Shown: one piece after another, positions 23,001-32,627 of the stretch | Numbering within the stretch: position 1 is the stretch's first letter | How the letters are laid out: every line of letters starts with the position of its first letter | From: Dudresnaya verticillata | Taxonomy: Eukaryota | Direction of reading: 5' to 3' | DNA: 64,000 nt | Assembly (NCBI GenBank): GCA_977862235.1 | Contig: OZ374557.1 | Span: 4,092,001 to 4,156,000, forward strand | Program-made: the position numbers and the translations under genes | Notes under the pieces: model-generated | The model's input: the letters and a program-made list of their open reading frames with translations, nothing else | The model's database searches: none | Told to the model about the DNA's origin: nothing

Positions 23001-24745
23001 AGCTTACAGGTACTGAATTAGGAGTTGCCGATTCAGACAACGTATTCCTCACGACAACCAAGATGGTCACGAAAGCGACCGCTCTCACGAAGGAACAACA
23101 GGACAAGTTCAGAACAGCCAAGCTCGAAGAAATCAACTTCCTTCTGAAACGCGCTGTGAAACCGGTTCCACACGCCGACGTCCCCACCGAGTGTGAACTT
23201 CAACCGTTGAAATGGATACTGGCGATTAAGACGACGACGCAACCGAAAGCATCTGAACGGTATCGCGCTCGGCTCGTCAGTGCCTCTCATCGCTCGAAGT
23301 ACAGGCATTCAGTTCATGGAAATGCACCGACCGTAGCATTGAGTACTGTTCGAGCACTGTATGCAGTCACACCCATGTGGATCATTGCAGCAGAGCAAGC
23401 ACAAGACCCGATACATCTCTTCACACGCGACGTCACCAAGGCATACTTGCAGAGCAACGAGACTCAAAGACTCATCTTCTACCGACCGCCCAAGGAATTT
23501 GTCGAGTCATTCCCAGACTACAACGACCACGCTTGGAAATCCATCGTTCAGTTATATGTAGATGTTGAAGCAGGTCTCTATTGGAATCGCACCTTCGTCC
23601 CCTGGATTGTCGAGAACATACCCGATCTTCACCAATCGATGTATGACCCCTCATTGCTATACAGCCGCCGTCACAACATGGCTATACTCCTTTGCACCGA
23701 TGACACCAGCGTTGTAATGCCCGAGTCCATGATTCGTCACGAAGAAAAGATCACGGAACGATTTGAGTGTCGCAGCCGACAGCAACTTCCCACGGACTTC
23801 AAGGGTATCGACATAGCCCGCCAAGGAGACAAAATCATCCTCTCGCAGGTCGAGTATCTTCAATCTCATCAACACAACTCTCCAGATAGCACCAAACCCG
23901 AACTACAACGCGAGATGACAGATGAAGAAATATCGGAACATCGTACCGTAGCAGGACAACTCGCATGGATTGCAACTGGCACGGCCCCATTGTCTGCATA
24001 CACTTCAAGCATCGCTTTGCAAGGAACAGCACGTCCGGTTCAGCTCAAGTTGGAGACCATCAAAGCACTGCAAGCCGCCAAGGAAGAACGCGCATCGCAG
24101 CTGACTTATGTCCCTTTGAATCCTGAAACAGTACACATTCGCATGTACAGCGACGGATCATTCCAGAATCTGGCACTCAAGCACTCCCAGATTGGATTCA
24201 TCGTCACCTTAGCAGACCACGAAGACAGATTCAACCTGGTACACTGGCACAGTTCTCGATCTCCACGACGAGCTCATTCCACAGAGGAATCTGAACTTAT
24301 GGCGCTCGACATCGCGTTTCGGTTCATACGCAACTTCCGGAACATCCTCTTCGAACTACTCAAGAAAGAAGTTCCGATTGTCGCATACATCGACAACCAA
24401 ACATTGTGGAGCAACTTGATGAATTCCACAGTCCCAAGTATCCCAGAAGTCATGTACAGGTGCCGGGACTACATACATGCTGGTCTCATTGCGAGTGTTT
24501 GTCTTATACCAGGACCGGATAACCCTGCTGATGCCATGACCAAGTCTCGGCCCAACAACAAGCTGAAGCAAGCGGTTAACACCAATATATGCCACACACC
24601 AGCAAAAAGAGTCTTCATGCTGCAGACAAGCCCTTTCCGACATTCGAAGTACATCCCCACTTCATCTGTCCCAATGCCAGCTGACACCCGTGCTCAAGAG
24701 TCGCCTCCATCACCTGGAGAAATTGCAAGTGTCATATTGCAATAA
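20009..24745 (+). CDS. Copia Gag-Pol: zinc knuckle, aspartic protease, integrase, reverse transcriptase, RNase H
   Basis: Zinc knuckle CYGCGKEGHFLRDC; protease LIDTGA; integrase LHKGLKHP...CKDC with SLDT/VVDRG/NNERSH (DDE); RT YRARLV, RDVTKAYLQS, CTDD; RNase H YSDGS, EESELMAL, YIDN, NPADAMTK. Confidence 0.95.
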   Translation: MFSLLQGKARETASMIPLHNTTLDSFVEEVSKTILFDPDIQERRVTRWNNLKYSDLRSKASTEEEATRECIKHTKNHQLDLPLHMRSEQLLPSRLREIFRFIPWCETLYHRSTLMETPASFGSKLISAASNSDLRSKNTSSSSKAITPYPVYQPASSTPQQPDHGNSLSNASTLAAFFAKTPPPPRHRRPQRYQSYRYHRFGSNYDNRRPTRPPQYRQPYSYGSRQSYNSGRPSFQNRAPPFLRRGKKLCYGCGKEGHFLRDCPEKAYHNQRLTHLANIGHAATFLMEHDAEECSDDHSQVLQFVKENANSTGIEPDIDDAEDTSHFHAWICDLLETYDSVTSTAGNSYHVKLSLPELETAMRELVFHAITQRRNMILIDTGAPKTICSIEWLQKANWNPVKIVQLPDHIHPFRFAGHPVRALHGACLIAVVRDIAGNPHYLRTFAFVLPETPIPFLTGLQDHIRLGFDLCLRANNGSHLKVNSWNSILPLVVTSHLWLQFETCNSDPDPKFDWTALIQKAIDPATTSGPLYVNTTSNGPTQLGSAQDGIVLDCNGDHDSASEETSQDLHDHASLTNIEKNSYFPVPPWEQDGWTSNTTPDQITRLHKGLKHPENSQILKLFRQQHGGTKLPSALVHKIMDHKCKDCEEHPQLPRTPKLSIPPEAAPNIVVSLDTMPHIIRNKSVEILVMIDSGDAMIRLRFLSDKSALTAFNAYYSAWIAYFDAPHFTVVDRGSNLVNALMADNLRQVQSQLCPIPTEAPWCIGNNERSHKFLHRAIDKLTNNPEYQVGSMYERLLADVEMAWNFCQHSNNILPHYQRFGSMPRILGELETPHTITERVVLMDMARKATEHARASNLIRRALNTHKRPGQALRLFSIRQPVWFHRRKHGWRTGEVARIDRPTIYVNHHGKLFPTHENRVRPYFGALSLPPPILHDDPDIQEYLDIPNEENMPHPGPVTSSGGAPISELLNGVFACSSQPQGRDLFTASIADTSITVQLTGTELGVADSDNVFLTTTKMVTKATALTKEQQDKFRTAKLEEINFLLKRAVKPVPHADVPTECELQPLKWILAIKTTTQPKASERYRARLVSASHRSKYRHSVHGNAPTVALSTVRALYAVTPMWIIAAEQAQDPIHLFTRDVTKAYLQSNETQRLIFYRPPKEFVESFPDYNDHAWKSIVQLYVDVEAGLYWNRTFVPWIVENIPDLHQSMYDPSLLYSRRHNMAILLCTDDTSVVMPESMIRHEEKITERFECRSRQQLPTDFKGIDIARQGDKIILSQVEYLQSHQHNSPDSTKPELQREMTDEEISEHRTVAGQLAWIATGTAPLSAYTSSIALQGTARPVQLKLETIKALQAAKEERASQLTYVPLNPETVHIRMYSDGSFQNLALKHSQIGFIVTLADHEDRFNLVHWHSSRSPRRAHSTEESELMALDIAFRFIRNFRNILFELLKKEVPIVAYIDNQTLWSNLMNSTVPSIPEVMYRCRDYIHAGLIASVCLIPGPDNPADAMTKSRPNNKLKQAVNTNICHTPAKRVFMLQTSPFRHSKYIPTSSVPMPADTRAQESPPSPGEIASVILQ

Positions 24746-24769
24746 GACATGCACGTATATGTCGAAGGT

Positions 24770-25627
24770 TTACTCCCTTTTTCGCTTGATACGCTGCTTC
24801 ACCAACCTTCGCACCTCCGCAACTCGTAGGTCAGTCACATCGGAGCCCCCGGTCTGTTTCAGGAGCTCCTCACATAACCGCATCGGAAAACGCGAAGCAC
24901 TATCAGCAACAAGTTTGCGGTCACCATCGACCACAATGCAGTGATCAACAACCAAGTCACGCACCACCCGCACGAGCCAGACACCTTCCGCCCTGCTGGC
25001 CAACCACTGGAACTTGTTCTCGTGAAACTTCAATTTCTCCTCCTTCGGTACCTTCCTTATAGCAAGATCTCCGCCTAAACTGTGTACAAGAGGCGTCAAC
25101 TTCCCGAAATGTTGGACACGTGGAAATTGATTGCCGAGCTCTTCCTTAGCCGCATTTGTCCTTCCACTGCCGCACAAAGCATGAACTGCGTTGAGAACGG
25201 ACGCAAGCACGCAATCACCGTAATTTGCGCACATGAAGACTGCCCCGAAACTCCACACTTGATACTTGCGCTCATTTCCAATCGCACTTCGTGCTCCAGG
25301 TCCGCTGATGTCCACCACGACACCCGGATACTTGCGCAAGAACTGAACAAGTCGCCTGAGTACATCCCCGTCATCCGGATGCAGGCAAGTACTGTTACCT
25401 TCCACCGGCGCACCCGCATTGTGGTTCCCAGTCGTGCCAACCGAGGGCAGCACCAGCGCCAAGTGGTGCAGGCGCAAAGACTTCTCTTGAATTGCATGGA
25501 AGCTCTCGTGTCCGCCAGCACGCGTCGCGCACCCGTACAGAAGACCTTTCTGAAGGACAATGCCGCTCGCGTCGCTTCCGCCGCCGCCCGCTTGCACGCG
25601 CTCGACGTTCCAAGTGCTCGCGCCCAT
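24770..25627 (-). CDS. Antisense extra ORF inside the Copia element; putative papain-fold cysteine peptidase (C39/Josephin-like)
   Basis: ~285-codon ORF between pol and the PPT with GDCVLASVLNAV, GVWLVRV...DHCIVVDG and LVADS (Cys-His-Asp order), ending in the basic tail KQRIKRKRE. Confidence 0.6.
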   Translation of the reverse strand: MGASTWNVERVQAGGGGSDASGIVLQKGLLYGCATRAGGHESFHAIQEKSLRLHHLALVLPSVGTTGNHNAGAPVEGNSTCLHPDDGDVLRRLVQFLRKYPGVVVDISGPGARSAIGNERKYQVWSFGAVFMCANYGDCVLASVLNAVHALCGSGRTNAAKEELGNQFPRVQHFGKLTPLVHSLGGDLAIRKVPKEEKLKFHENKFQWLASRAEGVWLVRVVRDLVVDHCIVVDGDRKLVADSASRFPMRLCEELLKQTGGSDVTDLRVAEVRRLVKQRIKRKRE

Positions 25628-25876
25628 CGCCAAGGGTACAGGAAGACAGTGGCGTCACCGGAGCTAGCCACCACTTGCTGTAGTAGCCCCAAGGCGAAGG
25701 CACTGCGCACGGTTGACAAGCCGGTCCGCGTACAGTTCGCACGACAGGGTGCGTCATATAAGATGCACCGTGCAGTGTACGACACCGCCGACCGTGGCGA
25801 AATGCGCCCGACGATCCGTCCGTTTCGCCCGGCAAAGCCCAGCGCGGCAAAACTCCCGCCTGTTTTCTTAACGTTA

Positions 25877-25888
25877 GAGAAGGGGGAA
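25877..25888 (+). promoter_or_regulatory. Polypurine tract of the Copia element
   Basis: gagaagggggaa directly before the 3' LTR. Confidence 0.9.
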
Positions 25889-26012
25889 TGTAAGATACTG
25901 TAATGCGTACGGATCCCATGAGTACTTAAGGATCGTCCGCCCGGTGTCCTCCCCCTCTAGCCATCAATAATTACCATCTTCCATTCCCGTAAAGGACCCA
26001 CACCATCTCATA
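25889..26012 (+). repeat. Copia 3' LTR (124 bp)
   Basis: Identical to 18906-19029; followed by the TSD ATTGA. Confidence 0.97.
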
Positions 26013-26069
26013 ATTGATCCATTGATCCCACCCGGCCCCCACCCCTCCCGCCATGGCCCCCCGCCATCG

Positions 26070-26761
26070 TGTGGTACAATGAACCGCCAGCGGCTGTAAG
26101 CACGTACACGTGTTTGGCGCCTGTAATGCGCTGGTAATATTGCGCGTGGCATGCGCCCGTAAGGCGCTGCACATGCTGGTGCCCTGTAAGGCCCAAATGC
26201 ATTGCTGGCCACTCTGTATGGCATTGCTGGGAACAGCACGACGCCAATGAGATGGCTAGCCGTGGTTGGCTGATTTACCATGGCCTTACGCGCAGGAGCG
26301 CGTCCGAGTCATAAGCACCTTACGTGCGCAGGGCGGAGTACGACCGCTCACTACCTCATTGTAATTATTAACGCTAACTTCAATAGCTTAGAATAGGAAT
26401 AGCGCCGAAGGCGCTTTCGGCCTTCGCCATATTTATTGCGCCCCTGACTAGCAGGGATCTGCTGAATAGAACCCTACGGTGGGTTTCCGGTCTGTACCCT
26501 TTCTTTGGTCTACACAGGCTCACAGTACTCCCCCTTCCAGGTGCTTTACAAGCTTTAGCCTCGTACGGCTTCGTACTCTACGAGTGTTAGGGTGGCGCCG
26601 CCCCTTTTCCCCTTTATTTCAGGCACGCTAGCCTTTTTCCCTTTTCCCTCAAAGTCTCTACCAACTCCCCATTGAGCTACCCTCGTTAGGGTGTGTGCGC
26701 GCACGGGACAGCTGTCCTTGCCGTTTAGCGGGCTACTGGCTCGTCGCGCCATACTACTACA
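26070..26761 (+). mobile_element. Solo LTR of the Gypsy family below, opposite orientation, TSD CATCG
   Basis: TGTGGTACA...CTACTACA is the reverse complement of 27332-28020. CATCG occurs at 26065-26069 and 26762-26766. Confidence 0.93.
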
Positions 26762-27331
26762 CATCGCCCTGTAGCACAACGGGTCCAGCCCAGGAAGAGC
26801 AAGGAAAACAAAGGACACCTGTCCGGAACCGTCGTGCTCACGGGTAGCTCGGGTGTGGTAGAGGCTTGGTAGAATGGCACTAGGCCACGAAAAAGGAAAA
26901 AGGAAAAAGGGGGACGCAACCCGGTATTCCGCAGGGAACCTGCCGTACGGTGACGAGCCTGTAGTTGGCATCCAGAAAGGGAACGGGAAGCGCCCGGAAT
27001 CCAGAAAGTGGTCAAGACCGAGAAACTCCCCATAGGGTTCAATCAGGGGTGCCCTGCTATTCAGGGGACCAATAAATAGGGCCTTTGCCCGTGCTAATAC
27101 TAGCTAATACAGTGTACTGTACACAAATTACATTGAGCAATTGGAGGCGGATTCATGCCCCTGTGGCGGCGTATAATCGGGAAATACCCTAGCGCCACAC
27201 CAATGGTCGTGCGTCAATTGCGCGTCTGAGGCGCGGATGAGTTCGCGCCAGGCCGTAGTAATATGGCGCGACTAGCCAGTTGGGGTAATAAAGGGAACCG
27301 ACCCAGAACCGATTCTAGTTCGGGAGACCAC

Positions 27332-28020
27332 TGTAGTAGTATGGCGCGACGAGCCAGTAGCCCGCTAAACGGCAAGGACAGCTGTCCCGTGCGCGCACAC
27401 ACCCTAACGAGGGTAGCTCAAAATGGGGAGTTGGTAGAGACTTGAGGGAAAAGGAAAAAGGCAAGCGTGCCTGAAAGAAAGGGAAAAAGGGCGGCGCCAC
27501 CCTAACACTCGTAGAGTACAAAGCCGTACGAGGCTAAAGCTTGTAAAGCACCTGAAAGGGGGAGTACTGTGAGCCCGTGTAGACCAAAGAAAGGGTACAG
27601 ACCCGAAACCCATCGTAGGGTTCTATTCAGCAGGCCCCTGCTAGTCAGGGGCGTAATAAATATGGCGAAGGCCGAAAGCGCCTTCGGCGCTATTCCTATT
27701 CAAGCTATCGTAGTTAGCGTTAATAATTATATTGAGGTAGTGAGCGTTCGTACTCCGCCCTGCGCACGTCAGGTGCTCATGACTCGGGCGAGCTTCTGCG
27801 CCTAAGTCCATGATAAATCAGCCAATTACGGCCAGCCATCTCATTGGCGTCGTGCTATTCCCGGCAATGCCATACAGAGTGGCCAGCAATGCATTGGGAC
27901 TTACAGCGCACAAGCACGTGCAGCGCATTACAGGCGCATGCCACGCGCAGTATTACCCGCGCATTACAGGCGCAGAACACGTGTACGTCCTTACATTCCC
28001 TGGCCACTCATTGTACCACA
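27332..28020 (-). repeat. Gypsy 3' LTR (also followed by a PBS)
   Basis: Similar to 39986-40672 with scattered mismatches. On the minus strand it is preceded by the purine-rich tract agagaggga. Confidence 0.93.
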
Positions 28021-28780
28021 CGGGTCCCTCTCTAAAGCTGAGAGACCCGCGAAGCCAGCAAGGCTGTTTCCATTGGCCCGGTTGGGGCGCGCACACAGAG
28101 TGGACGTCCCAAACGGCCCGTGGAGGGCGACTGTAACCGCCACGAAAACGCCCGTCTTGCGACTGCCGCGTGGCGACAAATCACCGTACGCCCTTCTGGC
28201 GCCGGGTGTCCCGTCTCGGCGGGCATCTTTCACAGCATCCAGTATTGCTTTCGCGCGAAAGCCTCGAACAGCTGGTTATTTCAAGCGCTATTCCGCGGGT
28301 TCCCAGTAGAGCCTTCTGGCCATCTCAGTACCTCGCACCTCAACACCCTTAGAGTCTGCCGCTGCGTGCCTTTGTCTCCATCTGGCCTGGTTTGTAGCGT
28401 TCACAGCGCCGCTGGTGCTTCCTCTGCCTTGGGGTTCGTCGCGTGGTTACGCTGTGCTTGCACTAGGGCGTTCATCCCACCAGCGTAGCCGTCCGTGGAT
28501 TTGCAGCGAGTATCGCCTCTTTGCCCGCGGGGCGCTACGCATCCCGAAGCCTCGTCTTGGCGCAAGCGGATGTTCTCGAGAAGGTTAGGAGAGCCCAACG
28601 GGGCCCAGGTGAACAAGTCGAGCAAGAAAGCCTCGTCGTGGCTCAAGAGCAGCAGTCGTGATGATCGGGATCCAACACATGACATTTGGTGCGGCTGGGT
28701 CGAGTGTAGGTGTACTCGGCGTGGAGATGGATGAGGTAGGCGTGCCTTTGAGTATCAAGAATAGCCGCGATTAGCGCGTG

Positions 28781-30846
28781 CGCAAAGATCTTGCCCACAT
28801 CAAGAATAACGCGGGCGCCGACCGCAGCGAGATCCTACGTCGCGGCGCGCGCCGTGCACAACACCGTACGTAGCATTCCCACGGTCCACACCGTCTTGGT
28901 CTCTTGACTGGGCTCAATCGCGAGCTGCCGACCTTGGAGGCCCCCTTGAAGTGGGATCTGGCGCACCCCCGCTTTCGTCATGAGGTACCCTACACCTCCG
29001 CCTTGTCACGGCTTATCAACTTCCGTATGGATGAGCTCAACACCGTGCACAACGCCGGCACTTACGATCTGGCTATCGTCTGCCACCCCAGGCCCCTGAT
29101 TCGTCCAGGAAGGGACAACTACCCGTATACAATGCAACGGATTGTCCGTTGGGACGAGTCGTCGAACTTCAAGTATGCCTTAGACAATCCGCAAACGGCC
29201 ATGCCGTCAAATTTGGTACGCTTCGAACGTCTTCATTGCCATCGTACTGGCTGTTTCATCGCGGCTCACTGCCTGGAGGTGACGTCCATACGTCTAGAGT
29301 TCTACCGGATTAAGTATCCTCAAGTCCCAGATGACCAAGTGGGCTTGGAAGTTTCATATTAGATGCCCGTTGGCACTCCAGCCATTCTGGCTTATCTCGG
29401 TTTAGAGATGATGGGAGTTCCTTAAGGCGAATCTCAGTTATGGACGATTTTCCGACACGAGTGGATCGTAATGGTGACCCAAGTCTTCATGTACGAGGCC
29501 CGTCGGGGCTTCTTATACTTCATCAGTAAGCCATTGCGGGCTCGTATCCGCTTTATCGGCTCGACTGCCTTGACCGCCAACGCGGAAGACGCCGCGGATC
29601 TGGATTCCATCTTGTCATTCGTGGAGCGGATCCGCTGGAGTCGTGTTACCAAACGGAACCGCTTCTTGCCCGAAAAGACAGGGCACATCACGCCCGTCTA
29701 TGACCGGGGTGATTGGGTGTAGTTCGATCCGGAGAAGTGAACTCCCACGTTTCCAGACTTCATGATGGCGAAGTGCCCTGGTGAGGGCGATACCATCTCA
29801 TTGGACGAGGGTGAGCGACGTTCCGGCTACACCTGCGATTGGGTTAGCGTCAAATGGCGCGATGAGGGTCCTTCGAACCCGGATGAGGTGCCGTCTTTGA
29901 TGACACGGTCGATGGGCAGCCGCAAGGCCCATACGCGCCACCCGTGGCTCATCACTATCGCGCAGATGCGGAAATCCGCAACGTGTTTAACCGTCGTGGT
30001 GTAGCCATCCGCTTGGCAGTTCACTGGAACATACACAGCTTGAACCTGTCCACGTTGGCGGATTGGGTAGAAGAAGTTCTAGCCGAGTACGGGGCGCATT
30101 GGATAGAGACCCCGGGCCCCATCGAGCAAGCCCGTTTGGGTGCTCATCTGCGGTCGCTTCCGCCGTTGGGTGGTGCCAAGGCTGAGGCCAAGACTTCGAA
30201 CTCGGTGGATGAGGTTGGAAAGAAGAGCCGTAAGGGGCTGTGTCATCCGCAGCGTCCAGTTGCTGTAGCCCAAGGATCGATCAGCGTCAATCTGGGTCTT
30301 GATGCCCGTGAAGCCGCTGAGGCTGATACCAGCAAGATCCCTCGCGAGGAAAATTTCGAAGCACCGGTCCCGCCGGCTGGTCAGCCCGGGCTGACTTCGG
30401 TGCCGCCTCTTCAGCTTCCTCCTTTGGCTTCTGCCGATGTGGCTCAAGCCACTGATGACCAAGGCCAGAAGGTCCCGTCGTCCGACACGTCTGCCGCAAC
30501 CCAGCCCATCGGGACTCAAGGGGGAACTACGGAGGTCCCAGCTACGGCCGGCGAGCCGTTAGCGTCAGGCCCGATGACTTCTGAAGTCATCTTGAAGACG
30601 GAGCTACTCTTCAAGGAAGAAGACGAGATATAGCCCATGGAGGGCGAGGGTGAGCGCGATGGTTCGCCCATGGATATCGAGGGACAGGGTTTAGGCCGCG
30701 ATGACGCAGCCAGTGAAGGCTTTGGCGGACGCCGAGGTCGCGGCCCTCGTCGTGGGCGTGGAGCCCGCATCGTGCGTGAAGTGCGTCGAGTCACTACAAC
30801 CCGGAACCTCCTGCCCCTAACCCTCCGCTCGAGGAGAACGAGGTGA
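28781..30846 (+). pseudogene. Decayed antisense extra ORF of the Gypsy element, unknown function
   Basis: Same-frame fragments at 28781, 28904, 29471 and 29762 are separated by a few in-frame stops, then continue at 29944-30846. Homologous to 41381-41780. Confidence 0.65.
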
Positions 30847-32627
30847 TTGACCTCCTGTCCGACTAGCGCGTACTGTAGCGCACTGACCCCCGGCTGAATA
30901 CATTAGAATTTCGAGCGGCTGTCCCGCTAAATAAATTCGTCTCGTATGCTCAACTCCTTTGCCTTTGGAAGGCGTACGCGGAGGCGTTGTGCGACCTGGC
31001 GACCCCGCCCTATCCCGTCGGGGACTTAGCGGAAGTTCATCGCACTGTGCAGTTCCAGCGTAGTGGCAGGAGCCCTTGCGGGCAGGGAGCCTCACCCCAC
31101 GCGACGGTGTCATCACCACGCGCCGTGGGACAACCCCTCATTGGGTGATCAATCCGCCTCCCTGGTTCCACTCGTGGAGTGAGAGGGCGCCAGCAATGCG
31201 GCATAATGCCAGAGAGGTGGCGACGTTGGTCCACACTAGCGTCGGGAACGCTGTACTTGCTGCGTCCTGCGCCTAATTAGCGCGCCCTCGTTGGGTATCT
31301 CATTCCGCCTTCCATGCTATGACGGCCTATCAGCGACTGCGATTTCTCTCTACAGTAGCGAGATGATGCATTGTAGAGGTTTTTGGCGCTAATGCCATCT
31401 ACATCGCCGGCCAGCCATCCCATTGGCGTGCACGCTGAGACGCATGCGTCTCACGCGCCCCTTTCTTCTTCCATCTTGTCGAAGGTTGGACTAAGACGAG
31501 AGGCTCTAATAGCCGCGGGGGGTCTCCGACTCCTGGTGAGACATCTTGAGGGTGCCGGTTTTCCTTCATAGCCCGTCGGCTGGCGGAATATGCTCACGCG
31601 AGCGCGTTTTCAGCCGTAATCAAGGCTCATCGATGGTTAGGCGATGGCCCCGCTGCCGAGCCTTAAGCGGTGTGCTATTAGCCTCCGTTGTCCTAAACCA
31701 GGGTCACCATCAGGGGGTCTTCCCCCTGTCAAGGCGCCGGTAGCGCCAGAGGGTGCTGCTAGGTTGGGCCGTGATAGCCGTGCTTCTTGGCACAGAATCT
31801 CGATTCTCCCTCTTATTAGGACGACCCACTTCCAGGGGTTTCCTCTATTCACATATATATGTTCAACGTATGTACATCTCTTCCATCCAGAATCTTGATT
31901 CTTGATCCATCTATTCCTTTCCACATCTATCCAGAATCTTGATTCTTCTTATTACATCTATCCATTTCCAGAGTCTTGACTCTTCCAGATTCATCTATCC
32001 CTGTCAATATCATCCAGCTCAAGAGCTTAAAAGGGGGAATGGCCATTCCCATTCCACATTGTTATACATAGGCTCATCAGCCGTTTTGTTATTACTATCG
32101 TCGAGCGTAGTGGTCGCCCTACGAAGTAGGTGAGCCCCGATAGGCGCGTGAGCCCCGATAGGCGCTTATTCGCAACAGGTGCCCAGGTCCGCAGGGTTCG
32201 ACTAGCCTCTTCTCGGCGAATTTGCTCTCCTTGAGCGATGTCCTAGCGTAAGACGCTTATTGCGGGGAGCGACCCCTTTGGCTCGATGGTATCTTACCTC
32301 CAGATTGTGAGGAAGATGTTCCTTGGGCTCCTAAGTGTCTTCTGACGCTGGAAGTTGAAACCACCGAATGCGGTAGAGACGTCTACCGGCATCATATGAC
32401 ACGATACGATCGTAAAATCGCTCCCGCGGCGGCGCTTTCTTGAAACGAGAAAACGTCCGCGAGGAAGAGGGGTCGTTCTACGTTGTCGCCGAGGCGTTTG
32501 GCGTGGCGGTTCCAGGATCGCGATCCGAATCGGGAGGGGCCGCAGCCACTGTCTCTTGGGGACACGGTATGGCTGCTCCATAAGTAGGCGGCACCGCGAG
32601 AGTCGGATTATTCTTAATATCGGTAAC

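Larger units (their letters stand above)
18906..26012 (+). mobile_element. Full-length Ty1/Copia LTR retrotransposon (GalEa-like), 7107 bp, TSD ATTGA
   Basis: Two identical 124-bp LTRs. ATTGA occurs at 18901-18905 and 26013-26017. PBS and PPT are present. Domain order is gag-PR-IN-RT-RH. Confidence 0.97.

Noticed and set aside
25082..25903. 273-aa sense ORF as an env-like gene of the Copia element
   Set aside because: No signal peptide or transmembrane segment. It is probably the shadow of the more protein-like antisense ORF.
26770..27250. Additional solo LTR starting tgtagcacaa
   Set aside because: LTR-like composition, but no second copy and no CA end with a matching TSD could be found.
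27660..27695. Hammerhead ribozyme in the LTR hairpin ggcgaaggccgaaagcgccttcgg
   Set aside because: A stem-loop is possible, but no CUGANGA core was found nearby.
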